Assembly (NCBI GenBank): GCA_964016885.1
Contig: OZ024747.1
Span: 76,322,001-76,386,000, forward strand
From: Eledone cirrhosa
Lineage: Eukaryota
DNA: 64,000 bases
Reading direction: 5' to 3'
Made by a program: the position numbers and the translations under genes. The notes beneath the pieces are model-generated. The model was not told the DNA's origin and did no database searches. It saw nothing but the letters and a program-made list of their open reading frames with translations. Positions 43,701-57,520 of this stretch are shown here, one piece after another. Position 1 is the stretch's first letter. Every line of letters starts with the position of its first letter.

Positions 43701-46700
43701 TGACAGTATATGTAGAATGTATTGACAGTATCTGTAGAATGTATTGGCAGTATATGTACAATGTATTGACAGTATCTGTAGAATGTATTGACAGTATCTG
43801 TAGAATGTATTGACATTATCTGTAGAATGTGTTGGCAGTATCTGTAGAATGTATTGACAATATCTGTAGAATGTGTTGACAGTATCTGTAGAATGTATTG
43901 ACAGTATATGTAGAATGTATTGACAGTATCTGTAGAATGTATTGGCAGTATCTGTAGAATGTATTGACAGTATCTCTAGAATGTATTGACAATATCCGTA
44001 TAATGTATTGACAGTATCTGTAGAATGTATTGACAGTATCTGTAGAATGTATTGACAGTATCTGTAGAATGTATTGGCAGTATCTGTAGAATGTATTGAC
44101 AGTATCTGTAGAATGTATTGACAGTATCTGTAGAATGTATTGGCAGTATCTGTTGAATGTATTGACAGTATATGTAGAATGTATTGACAGTATCTGTAGA
44201 ATGTATTGACAGTATCTGTAGAATATATTGACAGTATATTTAGAATGTATTGACAGTATCTGTAGGATGCATTGACAGTATCTGTGGAATGTATTGACAG
44301 TATATGTAGAATGTATTGGTAGTATATGTAGAATGTATTGACAGTATCTGTAGAATGTATTGACAGTATCTGTAGAATGTATTGACAGTATCTGTGGAAT
44401 GTATTGACAGTATATGTAGAATGTATTGGTAGTATATGTAGAATGTATTGGTAGTATATGTAGAATGTATTGACAGTATATGTAGAATGTATTGACAGTA
44501 TCTGTAGAAAGTATTGACAGTATCTGTAGAATGTATTGACAGTATATGTAGAATGTATTGACAGTATCTGTAGAATGTATTGACAGTATCTGTGGAATGT
44601 ATTGACAGTATATGTAGAATGTATTGGTAGTATATGTAGAATGTATTGACAGTATATGTAGAATGTATTGACAGTATCTGTAGAATGTATTGACTGTATA
44701 TGTAGAATGTATTGGCAGTATCTGTAGAATGTATTGACAGTATCTGTAGAATATATTGACAGTATATGTAGAATGTATTGACAGTATATTTAGAATGTAT
44801 TGACAGTATATGTAGAATGTATTGACAGTATATGTAGAATGTATTGGTAGTATATGTAGAATGTATTGACAGTATATGTAGAATGTATTGACAGTATCTG
44901 TAGAATGTATTGGCAGTATATGTAGAATGTATTGACAGTATATGTAGAATGTATTGACAGTATCTGTAGAATGTATTGACAGTATCTTTAGAATGTATTG
45001 GCAGTATCTCTAGAATGTATTGACAGTATCTGTAGAAAGTATTGACAGTATCTGTAGAATGTATTGACAGTATATGTAGAATGTATTGACAGTATCTGTA
45101 GAATGTATTGGCAGTATATGTAGAATGTATTGACAGTATCTGTAGAATGTATTGACAGTATCTGTAGAATGTGTTGACAGTATCTGTAGAATGTATTGAC
45201 AGTATATGTAGAATGTATTGACAGTATCTGTAGAATGTATTGGCAGTATCTGTAGAATGTATTGACAGTTTCTGTAGAATGTATTGGCAGTATCTGTAGA
45301 ATGTGTTGACAGTATCTGTAGAATGTGTTGACAGTATCTGTAGAATGTATTGACAGTATATGTAGAATGTATTGACAGTATCTGTAGAATGTGTTGACAG
45401 TATCTGTAGAATGTATTGACAGTATCTGTAGAATGTGTTGACAGTATCTGTAGAATGTATTGACAGTATCTGTAGAATGTGTTGACCGTATCTGTAGAAT
45501 GTATTGACAGTGTATGTAGAAGGTATTGACAGTATCTGTGGAATGTATTGAAAATATCTATAGAATGTATTGGCAGTATATGTAGAAGGTATTGACAGTA
45601 TCTGTAGAATGTATTGACAGTATCTGTAGAATGTGTTGACAGTATCTGTAGAATGTATTGACATTATCTGTAGAATGTATTGACAGTATCTGTAGAATGT
45701 ATTGGCAGTATCTGTAGAATGTATTGGCAGTATCTGTAGAATGTATTGACAGTATCTGTAGAATGTATTGGCAGTATCTGTAGAATGTATTGACAGTATC
45801 TGTAGAATGTATTGACAATATCTATAGAATGTATTGGCAGTATATGTAGAAGGTATTGACAGTATCTGTGGAATGTATTGACAGTATATGTAGAATGTAT
45901 TGACAGTATCTCTAGAATGTATTGCCAGTATCTGTAGAATGTATTGACAATATCTGTAGAATGTATTGACAGTATCTGTAGAATGTATTGACAGTATCTG
46001 AAGAATGTATTGACAGTATCTGTAGAATGTGTTGACAGTATCTGTAGAATGTATTGACAATATCTGTAGAATGTATTGACAGTATCTGTAGAATGTATTG
46101 AGAGTATCTGAAGAATGTATTGACAGTATATGTAGAAGGTATTGGTAGTATATGTAGAATGTATTGACAGTATATGTAGAATATATTGACAGTATATGTA
46201 GAATGTATTGACTATATCTGTAGAATGTATTGACAGTATCTGTAGAATGTATTGACAGTATATGTAGAATGTATTAACAGTATCTGTAGAATATATTGAC
46301 AGTATATTTAGAATGTATTGACAGTATCTGTAGGATGCATTGACAGTATCTGTAGAATGTATTGACAGTATCTGTAGGATGCATTGACAATATCTGTAGA
46401 ATGTATTGACAGTATCTGTAGAATGTATTGACAGTATCTGTAGGATGCATTGACAGTATATGTAGAATGTATTGACAGTATATGTAGAATGTATTGGTAG
46501 TATATGTAGAATGTATTGACAGTATATGTAGAATGTATTGACAGTATCTGTAGAAAGTATTGACAGTATCTGTAGAATGTATTAACAGTATATGTAGAAT
46601 GTATTGACAGTATCTGTAGAATGTATTGACAGTATCTGTGGAATGTATTGACAGTATCTGTGGAATGTATTGACAGTATATGTAGAATGTATTGGCAGTA

Positions 46701-47166
46701 TATGTAGAATGTATTGGCAGTTTATGTAGAATGTATTGACAGTATCTGTAGAATGTATTGACAGTATATGTAGAATGTATTGACAGTATATGTAGAATGT
46801 ATTGGCAGTATATGTAGAATGTATTGACAGTATCTGTAGAATGTATTGACAGTATATGTAGAATGTATTGACAGTATCTGTAGAATGTATTGGCAGTATC
46901 TGTAGAATGTATTGACAGTATATGTAGAATGTATTGGCAGTATATGTAGAATGTATTGACAGTATCTGTAGAATGTATTGACAGTATATGTAGAATGTAT
47001 TGACAGTATATGTAGAATGTATTGCCAGTATCTGTAGAATGTATTGACAGTATATGTAGAATGTATTGAGAATATCTGTAGAATGGATTGACAGTATCTG
47101 TAGAATGTATTGGCAGTATATGTAGAATGTATTGACAGTATATGTAGAATGTATTGACAGTATATG
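37795..47166. repeat. Apparently exact tandem duplication of 4,686 bp (213 monomers): ~37,795-42,480 and ~42,481-47,166
   Basis: TATAAT 37,795/42,481, TACAAT 39,071/43,757, CCGTATAAT 39,310/43,996, TGTTGAAT 39,465/44,151, TGAGAATATC 42,381/47,067. Four ORF-track pairs have identical translations at offset 4,686. Confidence 0.92.
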
Positions 47167-47342
47167 TAGAATGTATTGACAGTATCTGTAGAATGTATTG
47201 ACAGTATATGTAGAATGTATTGACAGTATCTGTAGAATGTATTGGCAGTATCTGTAGAATGTATTGACAGTATCTGTAGAATGTGTTGATAGTATCTGTA
47301 GAATGTATTGGCAGTATCTGTAGAATGTATTGACAGTATCTG

Positions 47343-47700
47343 TAGAATGTATTGACAGTATCTGTATAATGTATTGACAGTATATGTAGAATGTATTGAC
47401 AGTATGTGTAGAATGTATTGGCAGTATATGTAGAATGTATTGACAGTATCTGTAGAATGTGTTGACAGTATCTGTAGAATATATTGACAGTATATGTAGA
47501 ATGTATTGACAGTATCTGTAGAATGTATTGGCAGTATCTGTATAATGTATTGACAGTATATGTAGAATGTATTGACAGTATGTGTAGAATGTATTGGCAG
47601 TATATGTAGAATGTATTGACAGTATCTGTAGAATGTGTTGACAGTATCTGTAGAATATATTGACAGTATATGTAGAATGTATTGACAGTATCTGTAGAAT
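47343..47700. repeat. Local tandem duplication of 176 bp (8 monomers)
   Basis: TATAAT 47,365/47,541 and TGTGTAG 47,405/47,581, with the same order of intervening variants. Confidence 0.85.
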
Positions 47701-49229
47701 GTATTGGCAGTATCTGTAGAATGTATTGACAGTATCTGTAGAATGTATTGACAGTATCTGTAGAATGTATTGACAGTATCTGTAGAATGTGTTGACAGTA
47801 TCTGTAGAATGTATTGACAATATCTGTAGAATGTATTGACAGTATCTGTAGAATGTATTGACAGTATCTGTAGAATGTATTGACAGTATCTGTAGAATGT
47901 ATTGGCAGTATCTGTAGAATGTATTGACAGTATCTGTAGAATGTATTGACAGTATCTGTAGAATGTATTGGCAGTATCTGTAGAATGTATTGACAGTATA
48001 TGTAGAATGTATTGACAGTATCTCTAGAATGTATTGCCAGTATCTGTAGAATGTATTGACAATATCTGTAGAATGTATTGACAGTATCTGTAGAATGTAT
48101 TGACAGTATCTGAAGAATGTATTGACAGTATCTGTAGAATGTGTTGACAGTATCTGTAGAATGTATTGACAATATCTGTAGAATGTATTGACAGTATCTG
48201 TAGAATGTATTGAGAGTATCTGAAGAATGTATTGACAGTATATGTAGAAGGTATTGGTAGTATATGTAGAATGTATTGACAGTATATGTAGAATATATTG
48301 ACAGTATATGTAGAATGTATTGACTATATCTGTAGAATGTATTGACAGTATCTGTAGAATGTATTGACAGTATATGTAGAATGTATTAACAGTATCTGTA
48401 GAATATATTGACAGTATATTTAGAATGTATTGACAGTATCTGTAGGATGCATTGACAGTATCTGTAGAATGTATTGACAGTATCTGTAGAATGTATTGAC
48501 AGTATCTGTAGAATATATTGACAGTATATTTAGAATGTATTGACAGTATCTGTAGGATGCATTGACAGTATCTGTGGAATGTATTGACAGTATATGTAGA
48601 ATGTATTGGTAGTATATGTAGAATGTATTGACAGTATCTGTAGAATGTATTGACAGTATCTGTAGAATGTATTGACAGTATCTGTGGAATGTATTGACAG
48701 TATATGTAGAATGTATTGGTAGTATATGTAGAATGTATTGGTAGTATATGTAGAATGTATTGACAGTATATGTAGAATGTATTGACAGTATCTGTAGAAA
48801 GTATTGACAGTATCTGTAGAATGTATTGACAGTATATGTAGAATGTATTGACAGTATCTGTAGAATGTATTGACAGTATCTGTGGAATGTATTGACAGTA
48901 TATGTAGAATGTATTGGTAGTATATGTAGAATGTATTGACAGTATATGTAGAATGTATTGACAGTATCTGTAGAATGTATTGACAGTATCTGTAGAATGT
49001 ATTGACAGTATATGTAGAATGTATTGGCAGTATCTGTAGAATGTATTGACAGTATCTGTAGAATATATTGACAGTATATGTAGAATGTATTGACAGTATA
49101 TTTAGAATGTATTGACAGTATATGTAGAATGTATTGACAGTATATGTAGAATGTATTGGTAGTATATGTAGAATGTATTGACAGTATATGTAGAATGTAT
49201 TGACAGTATCTGTAGAATGTATTGGCAGT

Positions 49230-52200
49230 ATATGTAGAATGTATTGACAGTATATGTAGAATGTATTGACAGTATCTGTAGAATGTATTGACATTATCTT
49301 TAGAATGTATTGGCAGTATCTCTAGAATGTATTGACAGTATCTGTAGAAAGTATTGACAGTATCTGTAGAATGTATTGACAGTATATGTAGAATGTATTG
49401 ACAGTATCTGTAGAATGTATTGGCAGTATATGTAGAATGTATTGACAGTATCTGTAGAATGTATTGACAGTATCTGTAGAATGTGTTGACAGTATCTGTA
49501 GAATGTATTGACAGTATATGTAGAATGTATTGACAGTATCTGTAGAATGTATTGGCAGTATCTGTAGAATGTATTGACAGTATCTGTAGAATGTATTGGC
49601 AGTATCTGTAGAATGTGTTGACAGTATCTGTAGAATGTATTGACAGTATCTGTAGAATGTATTGGCAGTATCTGTAGAATGTATTGACAGTATCTGTAGA
49701 ATGTGTTGACAGTATCTGTAGAATGTATTGACGGTATATGTAGAATGTATTGACAGTATCTGTAGAATGTGTTGACAGTATCTGTAGAATGTATTGACAG
49801 TATCTGTAGAATGTGTTGACAGTATCTGTAGAATATATTGACAGTATCTGTAGAATGTGTTGACAGTATCTGTAGAATGTATTGACAGTGTATGTAGAAG
49901 GTATTGACAGTATCTGTGGAATGTATTGACAATATCTATAGAATGTATTGGCAGTATATGTAGAAGGTATTGACAGTATCTGTAGAATGTATTGACAGTA
50001 TCTGTAGAATGTGTTGACAGTATCTGTAGAATGTATTGACTGTATCTGTAGAATGTATTGACAGTATCTGTAGAATGTATTGGCAGTATCTGTAGAATGT
50101 ATTGGCAGTATCTGTAGAATGTATTGACAGTATCTGTAGAATGTATTGGCAGTATCTGTAGAATGTATTGACAGTATCTGTAGAATGTATTGACAATATC
50201 TATAGAATGTATTGGCAGTATATGTAGAAGGTATTGACAGTATCTGTGGAACGTATTGACAGTATATGTAGAATGTATTGACAGTATCTCTAGAATGTAT
50301 TGTCAGTATCTGTAGAATGTATTGACAATATCTGTAGAATGTATTGACAGTATCTGTAGAATGTATTGACAGTATCTGAAGAATGTATTGACAGTATCTG
50401 CAGAATGTATTGACAGTATATGTAGAATGTATTGGTAGTATCTGTAGAATGTATTGGCAGTATATGTAGAATGTATTGGCAGTCTCTGTAGAATGTATTG
50501 ACAGTATATGTAGAATGTGTTGACAGTATATGTAGAATGTATTGACAGTATATGTAGAATGTATTGGCAGTATATGTAGAATGTATTGGCAGTATCTGTA
50601 GAATGTATTGACAGTATATGTAGAATGTATTGACAGTATATGTAGAATGTATTGACAGTATATGTAGAATGTATTGGCAGTATATGTAGAATGTATTGGC
50701 AGTATCTGTAGAATGTATTGACAGTATATGTAGAATGTATTGACAGTAACTGTAGAATGTATTGACAGTATCTCTAGAATGTATTGACGGTATCTGTAGA
50801 ATGTATTGACAATATCTGTAGAATGTATTGACAGTATCTGTAGAATGTATTGACAGTATCTGAAGAATGTATTGACAGTATATGTAGAAGGTATTGACAG
50901 TATCTGTGGAATGTATTGACAGTATATGTAGAATGTATTGGTAGTATATGTAGAATGTATTGGCAGTATATGTAGAATGTATTGACAGTATATGTAGAAT
51001 GTATTGACAGTATCTGTAGAATGTATTGACATTATCTTTAGAATGTATTGGCAGTATCTCTAGAATGTATTGACAGTATCTGTAGAAAGTATTGACAGTA
51101 TCTGTAGAATGTATTGACAGTATATGTAGAATGTATTGACAGTATCTGTAGAATGTATTGGCAGTATATGTAGAATGTATTGACAGTATCTGTAGAATGT
51201 ATTGACAGTATCTGTAGAATGTGTTGACAGTATCTGTAGAATGTATTGACAGTATATGTAGAATGTATTGACAGTATCTGTAGAATGTATTGGCAGTATC
51301 TGTAGAATGTATTGACAGTATCTGTAGAATGTATTGCCAGTATCTGTAGAATGTGTTGACAGTATCTGTAGAATGTATTGACAGTATCTGTAGAATGTAT
51401 TGGCAGTATCTGTAGAATGTATTGACAGTATCTGTAGAATGTGTTGACAGTATCTGTAGAATGTATTGACGGTATATGTAGAATGTATTGACAGTATCTC
51501 TAGAATGCGTTGACAGTATCTGTAGAATGTATTGACAGTATCTGTAGAATGTGTTGACAGTATCTGTAGAATATATTGACAGTATCTGTAGAATGTGTAG
51601 ACAGTATCTGTAGAATGTATTGACAGTGTATGTAGAAGGTATTGACAGTATCTGTGGAATGTATTGACAATATCTATAGAATGTATTGGCAGTATATGTA
51701 GAAGGTATTGACAGTATCTGTAGAATGTATTGACAGTATCTGTAGAATGTGTTGACAGTATCTGTAGAATGTATTGACTGTATCTGTAGAATGTATTGAC
51801 AGTATCTGTAGAATGTATTGGCAGTATCTGTAGAATGTATTGGCAGTATCTGTAGAATGTATTGACAGTATCTGTAGAATGTATTGGCAGTATCTGTAGA
51901 ATGTATTGACAGTATCTGTAGAATGTATTGACAATATCTATAGAATGTATTGGCAGTATATGTAGAAGGTATTGACAGTATCTGTGGAACGTATTGACAG
52001 TATATGTAGAATGTATTGACAGTATCTCTAGAATGTATTGTCAGTATCTGTAGAATGTATTGACAATATCTGTAGAATGTATTGACAGTATCTGTAGAAT
52101 GTATTGACAGTATCTGAAGAATGTATTGACAGTATATGTAGAATGTATTGGTAGTATCTGTAGAATGTATTGGCAGTATATGTAGAAGGTATTGGCAGTC

Positions 52201-52670
52201 TCTGTAGAATGTATTGACAGTATATGTAGAATGTGTTGACAGTATATGTAGAATGTATTGACAGTATATGTAGAATGTATTGGCAGTATATGTAGAATGT
52301 ATTGGCAGTATCTGTAGAATGTATTGACGGTATATGTAGAATGTATTGACAGTATATGTAGAATGTATTGACAGTATATGTAGAATGTATTGGCAGTATA
52401 TGTAGAATGTATTGGCAGTATCTGTAGAATGTATTGACAGTATATGTAGAATGTATTGACAGTAACTGTAGAATGTATTGACAGTATCTCTAGAATGTAT
52501 TGACGGTATCTGTAGAATGTATTGACAATATCTGTAGAATGTATTGACAGTATCTGTAGAATGTATTGACAGTATCTGAAGAATGTATTGACAGTATATG
52601 TAGAAGGTATTGACAGTATCTGTGGAATGTATTGACAGTATATGTAGAATGTATTGGTAGTATATGTAGA
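49230..52670. repeat. Diverged tandem duplication, offset 1,738 bp (79 monomers), falling to 1,716 bp (78 monomers) distally
   Basis: ACATTATCTTTAG 49,291/51,029, ACGGTAT 49,731/51,469, AGTAAC 50,745/52,461. ORFs 49936..50196 and 51674..51934. Confidence 0.85.
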
Positions 52671-53260
52671 ATGTATTGACAGTATATGTAGAATATATTG
52701 ACAGTATATGTAGAATGTATTGACAGTATCTGTAGAATGTATTGACAGTATCTGTAGAATGTATTGACAGTATATGTAGAATGTATTGACAGTATATGTA
52801 GAATGTATTGGCAGTATATGTAGAATCTATTGACAGTATCTGTAGAATATATTGACAGTATATTTAGAATGTATTGACAGTATCTGTAGGATGCATTGAC
52901 AGTATCTGTAGAATGTATTGACAGTATCTGTAGGATGCATTGACAATATCTGTAGAATGTATTGACAGTATCTGTAGAATGTATTGACAGTATCTGTAGG
53001 ATGCATTGACAGTATATGTAGAATGTATTGACAGTATATGTAGAATGTATTGGTAGTATATGTAGAATGTATTGACAGTATATGTAGAATGTATTGACAG
53101 TATCTGTAGAAAGTATTGACAGTATCTGTAGAATGTATTAACAGTATATGTAGAATGTATTGACAGTATCTGTAGAATGTATTGACAGTATCTGTGGAAT
53201 GTATTGACAGTATGTGTAGAATGTATTGGCAGTATATGTAGAATGTATTGAGAGTATATG

Positions 53261-53283
53261 TAGAATGTATTTTGCAGTTTATG
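53261..53283. repeat. 23-bp monomer (net 1-bp insertion, TAGAATGTATTTTGCAGTTTATG)
   Basis: Directly readable; downstream phase shifts by +1. Confidence 0.93.
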
Positions 53284-53449
53284 TCGAATGTATTGACAGT
53301 ATCTGTAGAATGTATTGACAGTATATGTAGAATGTATTGACAGTATATGTAGAATGTATTGGCAGTATATGTAGAATGTATTGACAGTATCTGTAGAATG
53401 TATTGACAGTATATGTAGAATGTATTGACAGTATATGTAGAATGTATTG

Positions 53450-56400
53450 GCAGTATCTGTAGAATGTATTGACAGTATATGTAGAATGTATTGGCAGTAT
53501 ATGTAGAATGTATTGACAGTATCTGTAGAATATAATGACAGTATATGTAGAATGTATTGACAGTATATGTAGAATGTATTGACAGTATCTGTAGAATGTA
53601 TTGACAGTATATGTAGAATGTATTGAGAGTATCTGTAGAATGTATTGACAGTATCTGTAGAATGTATTGGCAGTATATGTAGAATGTATTGACAGTATAT
53701 GTAGAATGTATTGACAGTATATGTAGAATGTATTGGCAGTATCTGTAGAATGTATTGACAGTATATGTAGAATGTATTGACAGTATCTGTAGAATGTATT
53801 GACAGTATATGTAGAATGTATTGACAGTATCTGTAGAATGTATTGACAGTATATGTAGAATGTATTGACAGTATCTGTAGAATGTATTGGCAGTATCTGT
53901 AGAATGTATTGACAGTATCTGTAGAATGTGTTGACAGTATCTGTAGAATGTATTGACAGTATATGTAGAATGTATTGACAGTATATGTAGAATGTATTGA
54001 CAGTATATGTAGAATGTATTGACAGTATATGTAGAATGTATTGACAGTATATGTAGAATGCATTGACAGTATCTGTAGAATGTATTGGAAGTATATGTAG
54101 AATGTATTGACAGTATCTGTAGAATGTATTGACAGTATCTGTAGAATGTATTGACAGTATCTGTAGAATGTGTTGACAGTATCTGTAGAATGTATTGACA
54201 ATATCTGTAGAATGTATTGACAGTATCTGTAGAATGTGTTGACAGTATATGTAGAATGTATTGACAGTATCTGTAGAATGTATTGACAGTATATGTAGAA
54301 TGTATTGGCAGTATATGTAGAATGTATTGACAGTATCTGTAGAATGTATTGGCAGTATATGTAGAATGTATTGACAGTATCTGTAGAATGTATTGACAGT
54401 ATCTGTATAATGTATTGACAGTATATGTAGAATGTATTGACAGTATATGTAGAATGTATTGGCAGTATATGTAGAATATATTGACAGTATCTGTAGAATG
54501 TATTGACAGTATCTGTAGAATGTATTGACAGTATATGTAGAATGTATTGACAGTATCTGTAGAATGAATTTGCAGTATCTGTAGAATGTATTGACAGTAT
54601 CTGTAGAATGTATTGACAGTATCTGTAGAATGCATTGACAGTATCTGTAGAATGTGTTGACAGTATCTGTAGAATGTATTGACAATATCTGTAGAATGTA
54701 TTGACAGTATCTGTAGAATGTATTGACAGTATCTGTAGAATGTATTGACAGTATCTGTAGAATGTATTGGCAGTATCTGTAGAATGTATTGACACTATCT
54801 GTAGAATGTATTGACAGTATCTGTAGAATGTATTGGCAGTATCTGTAGAATGTATTGACAGTATATGTAGAATGTATTGACAGTATCTGTAGAATGTATT
54901 GGCAGTATATGTAGAATGTATTGACAGTATCTGTAGAATGTATTGACAGTATATGTAGAATGTATTGACAGTATCTGTAGAATGTATTGACAGTATATGT
55001 AGAATGTATTGACAGTATCTGTAGAATGTATTGGCAGTATCTGTAGAATGTATTGACAGTATATGTAGAATGTATTGACAGTATCTGTAGAATGTATTGG
55101 CAGTATATGTAGAATGTATTGACAGTATCTGTAGAATGTATTGGCAGTATATTTAGAATGTATTGACAGTATATGTAGAATGTATTGACAGTATATGTAG
55201 AATGTATTGACAGTATCTGTAGAATGTATTGGCAGTATATGTAGAAGGTATTGACAGTATCTGTAGAATGTATTGGCAGTATATGTAGAATGTATTGACA
55301 GTATCTGTAGAATGTATTGACAGTATCTGTAGAATGTATTGACAGTATCTGTGGAATGTATTGACAGTATCTGTAGAATGTATTGGTAGTAGATGTAGAA
55401 TGTATTGACAGTATCTGTAGAATGTATTGACAGTATCTGTAGAATGTATTGACAGTATCTGTGGAATGTATTGACAGTATATGTAGAATGTATTGGTAGT
55501 ATATGTAGAATGTATTGACAGTATATGTAGAATGTATTGACAGTATCTGTAGAATGTATTGACAGTATCTGTAGAATGTATTGACAGTATATGTAGAATG
55601 TATTGACAGTATATGTAGAATGTATTGGCAGTATATGTAGAATGTATTGACAGTATCTGTAGAATATATTGACAGTATATTTAGAATGTATTGACTGTAT
55701 CTGTAGGATGCAATGACAGTATCTGTAGAATGTATTGACAGTATCTGTAGAATGTATTGACAGTATCTGTGGAATGTATTGTCAGTATATGTAGAATGTA
55801 TTGGTAGTATATGTAGAATGTATTGGTAGTATATGTAGAATGTATTGACAGTATATGTAGAATGTATTGACAGTATCTGTAGAAAGTATTGACAGTATCT
55901 GTAGAATGTATTGACAGTATATGTAGAATGTATTGACAGTATCTGTAGAATGTATTGACAGTATCTGTAGAATTTATTGACAGTATATGTAGAATGTATT
56001 GACAGTATCTGTAGAATGTATTGACAGTATCTGTAGAATGTATTGACAGTATCTGTGGAATGTATTGACAGTATATGTAGAATGTATTGGTAGTATATGT
56101 AGAATGTATTGACAGTATATGTAGAATGTATTGGTAGTATCTGTAGAATGTATTGACAGTATCTGTGGAATGTATTGACAGTATATGTAGAATGTATTGG
56201 TAGTATATGTAGAATGTATTGGTAGTATATGTAGAATGTATTGACAGTATATGTAGAATGTATTGACAGTATATGTAGAATGTATTGGCAGTATATGTAG
56301 AATGTATTGACAGTATATGTAGAATGTATTGGCAGTATCTGTAGAATGTTTTGACAGTATATATAGAATGTATTGGCAGTATATGTAAAATGTATTGACA

Positions 56401-57520
56401 GTATCTGTAGAATGTATTGACAGTATATGTAGAATGTATTGACAGTATATGTAGAATGTATTGACAGTATCTGTAGAATGTATTGACAGTATATGTAGAA
56501 TGTATTGAGAGTATCTGTAAAATGGATTGACAGTATCTGTAGAATGTATTGGCAGTATATGTAGAATGTATTGACAGTATATGTAGAATGTATTGACAGT
56601 ATATCTAGAATTGGCAGTATCTGTAGAATGTATTGACAGTATATGTAGAATGTATTGACAGTATCTGTAGAATGTATTGACAGTATATGTAGAATGTATT
56701 GACAGTATCTGTAGAATGTATTGACAGTATATGTAGAATGTATTGACAGTATCTGTAGAATGTATTGGCAGTATCTGTAGAATGTATTGACAATATATGT
56801 AGAATGTGTTGACAGTATCTGTAGAATGTATTGACAGTATATGTAGAATGTATTGACAGTATATGTAGAATGTATTGACAGTATATGTAGAATGTATTGA
56901 CAGTATATGTAGAATGTATTGACAGTATATGTAGAATGTATTGACAGTATCTGTAGAATGTATTGGCAGTATATGTAGAATGTATTGACAGTATCTGTAG
57001 AATGTATTGACAGTATCTGTAGAATGTATTGACAGTATCTGTAGAATGTGTTGACAGTATCTGTAGAATGTTTTGACAATATCTGTAGAATGTATTGACA
57101 GTATCTGTAGAATGTGTTGACAGTATATGTAGAATGTATTGACAGTATCTGTAGAATGTATTGACAGTATATGTAGAATGTATTGGCAGTATATGTAGAA
57201 TGTATTGACAGTATCTGTAGAATGTATTGGCAGTATATGTAGAATGTATTGACAGTATCTGTAGAATGTATTGACAGTATCTGTATAATGTATTGACAGT
57301 ATATGTAGAATGTATTGACAGTATATGTAGAATGTATTGGCAGTATATGTAGAATGTATTGACAGTATCTGTAGAATGTGTTGACAGTATCTGTAGAATG
57401 TATTGACAGTATATGTAGAATGTATTGACAGTATCTGTAGAATGTATTCGCAGTATCTGTAGAATGTATTGACAGTATCTGTAGAATGTATTGACAGTAT
57501 CTGTAGAATGTATTGACAGT
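53450..57520. repeat. Diverged direct duplication, offset 2,882 bp (131 monomers; 2,878 after the 4-bp deletion): ~53.45-54.65 kb recurs at ~56.3-57.5 kb
   Basis: GAGAG 53,625/56,507 (offset 2,882). GTGTTGACAGTATATG 54,236/57,114 and TATAAT 54,406/57,284 (offset 2,878). Confidence 0.75.
56606..56623. repeat. 18-bp monomer (4-bp deletion, TAGAATGTATTGG to TAGAATTGG)
   Basis: Reads TAGAATTGGCAGTATCTG; downstream phase shifts by -4. Confidence 0.95.
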
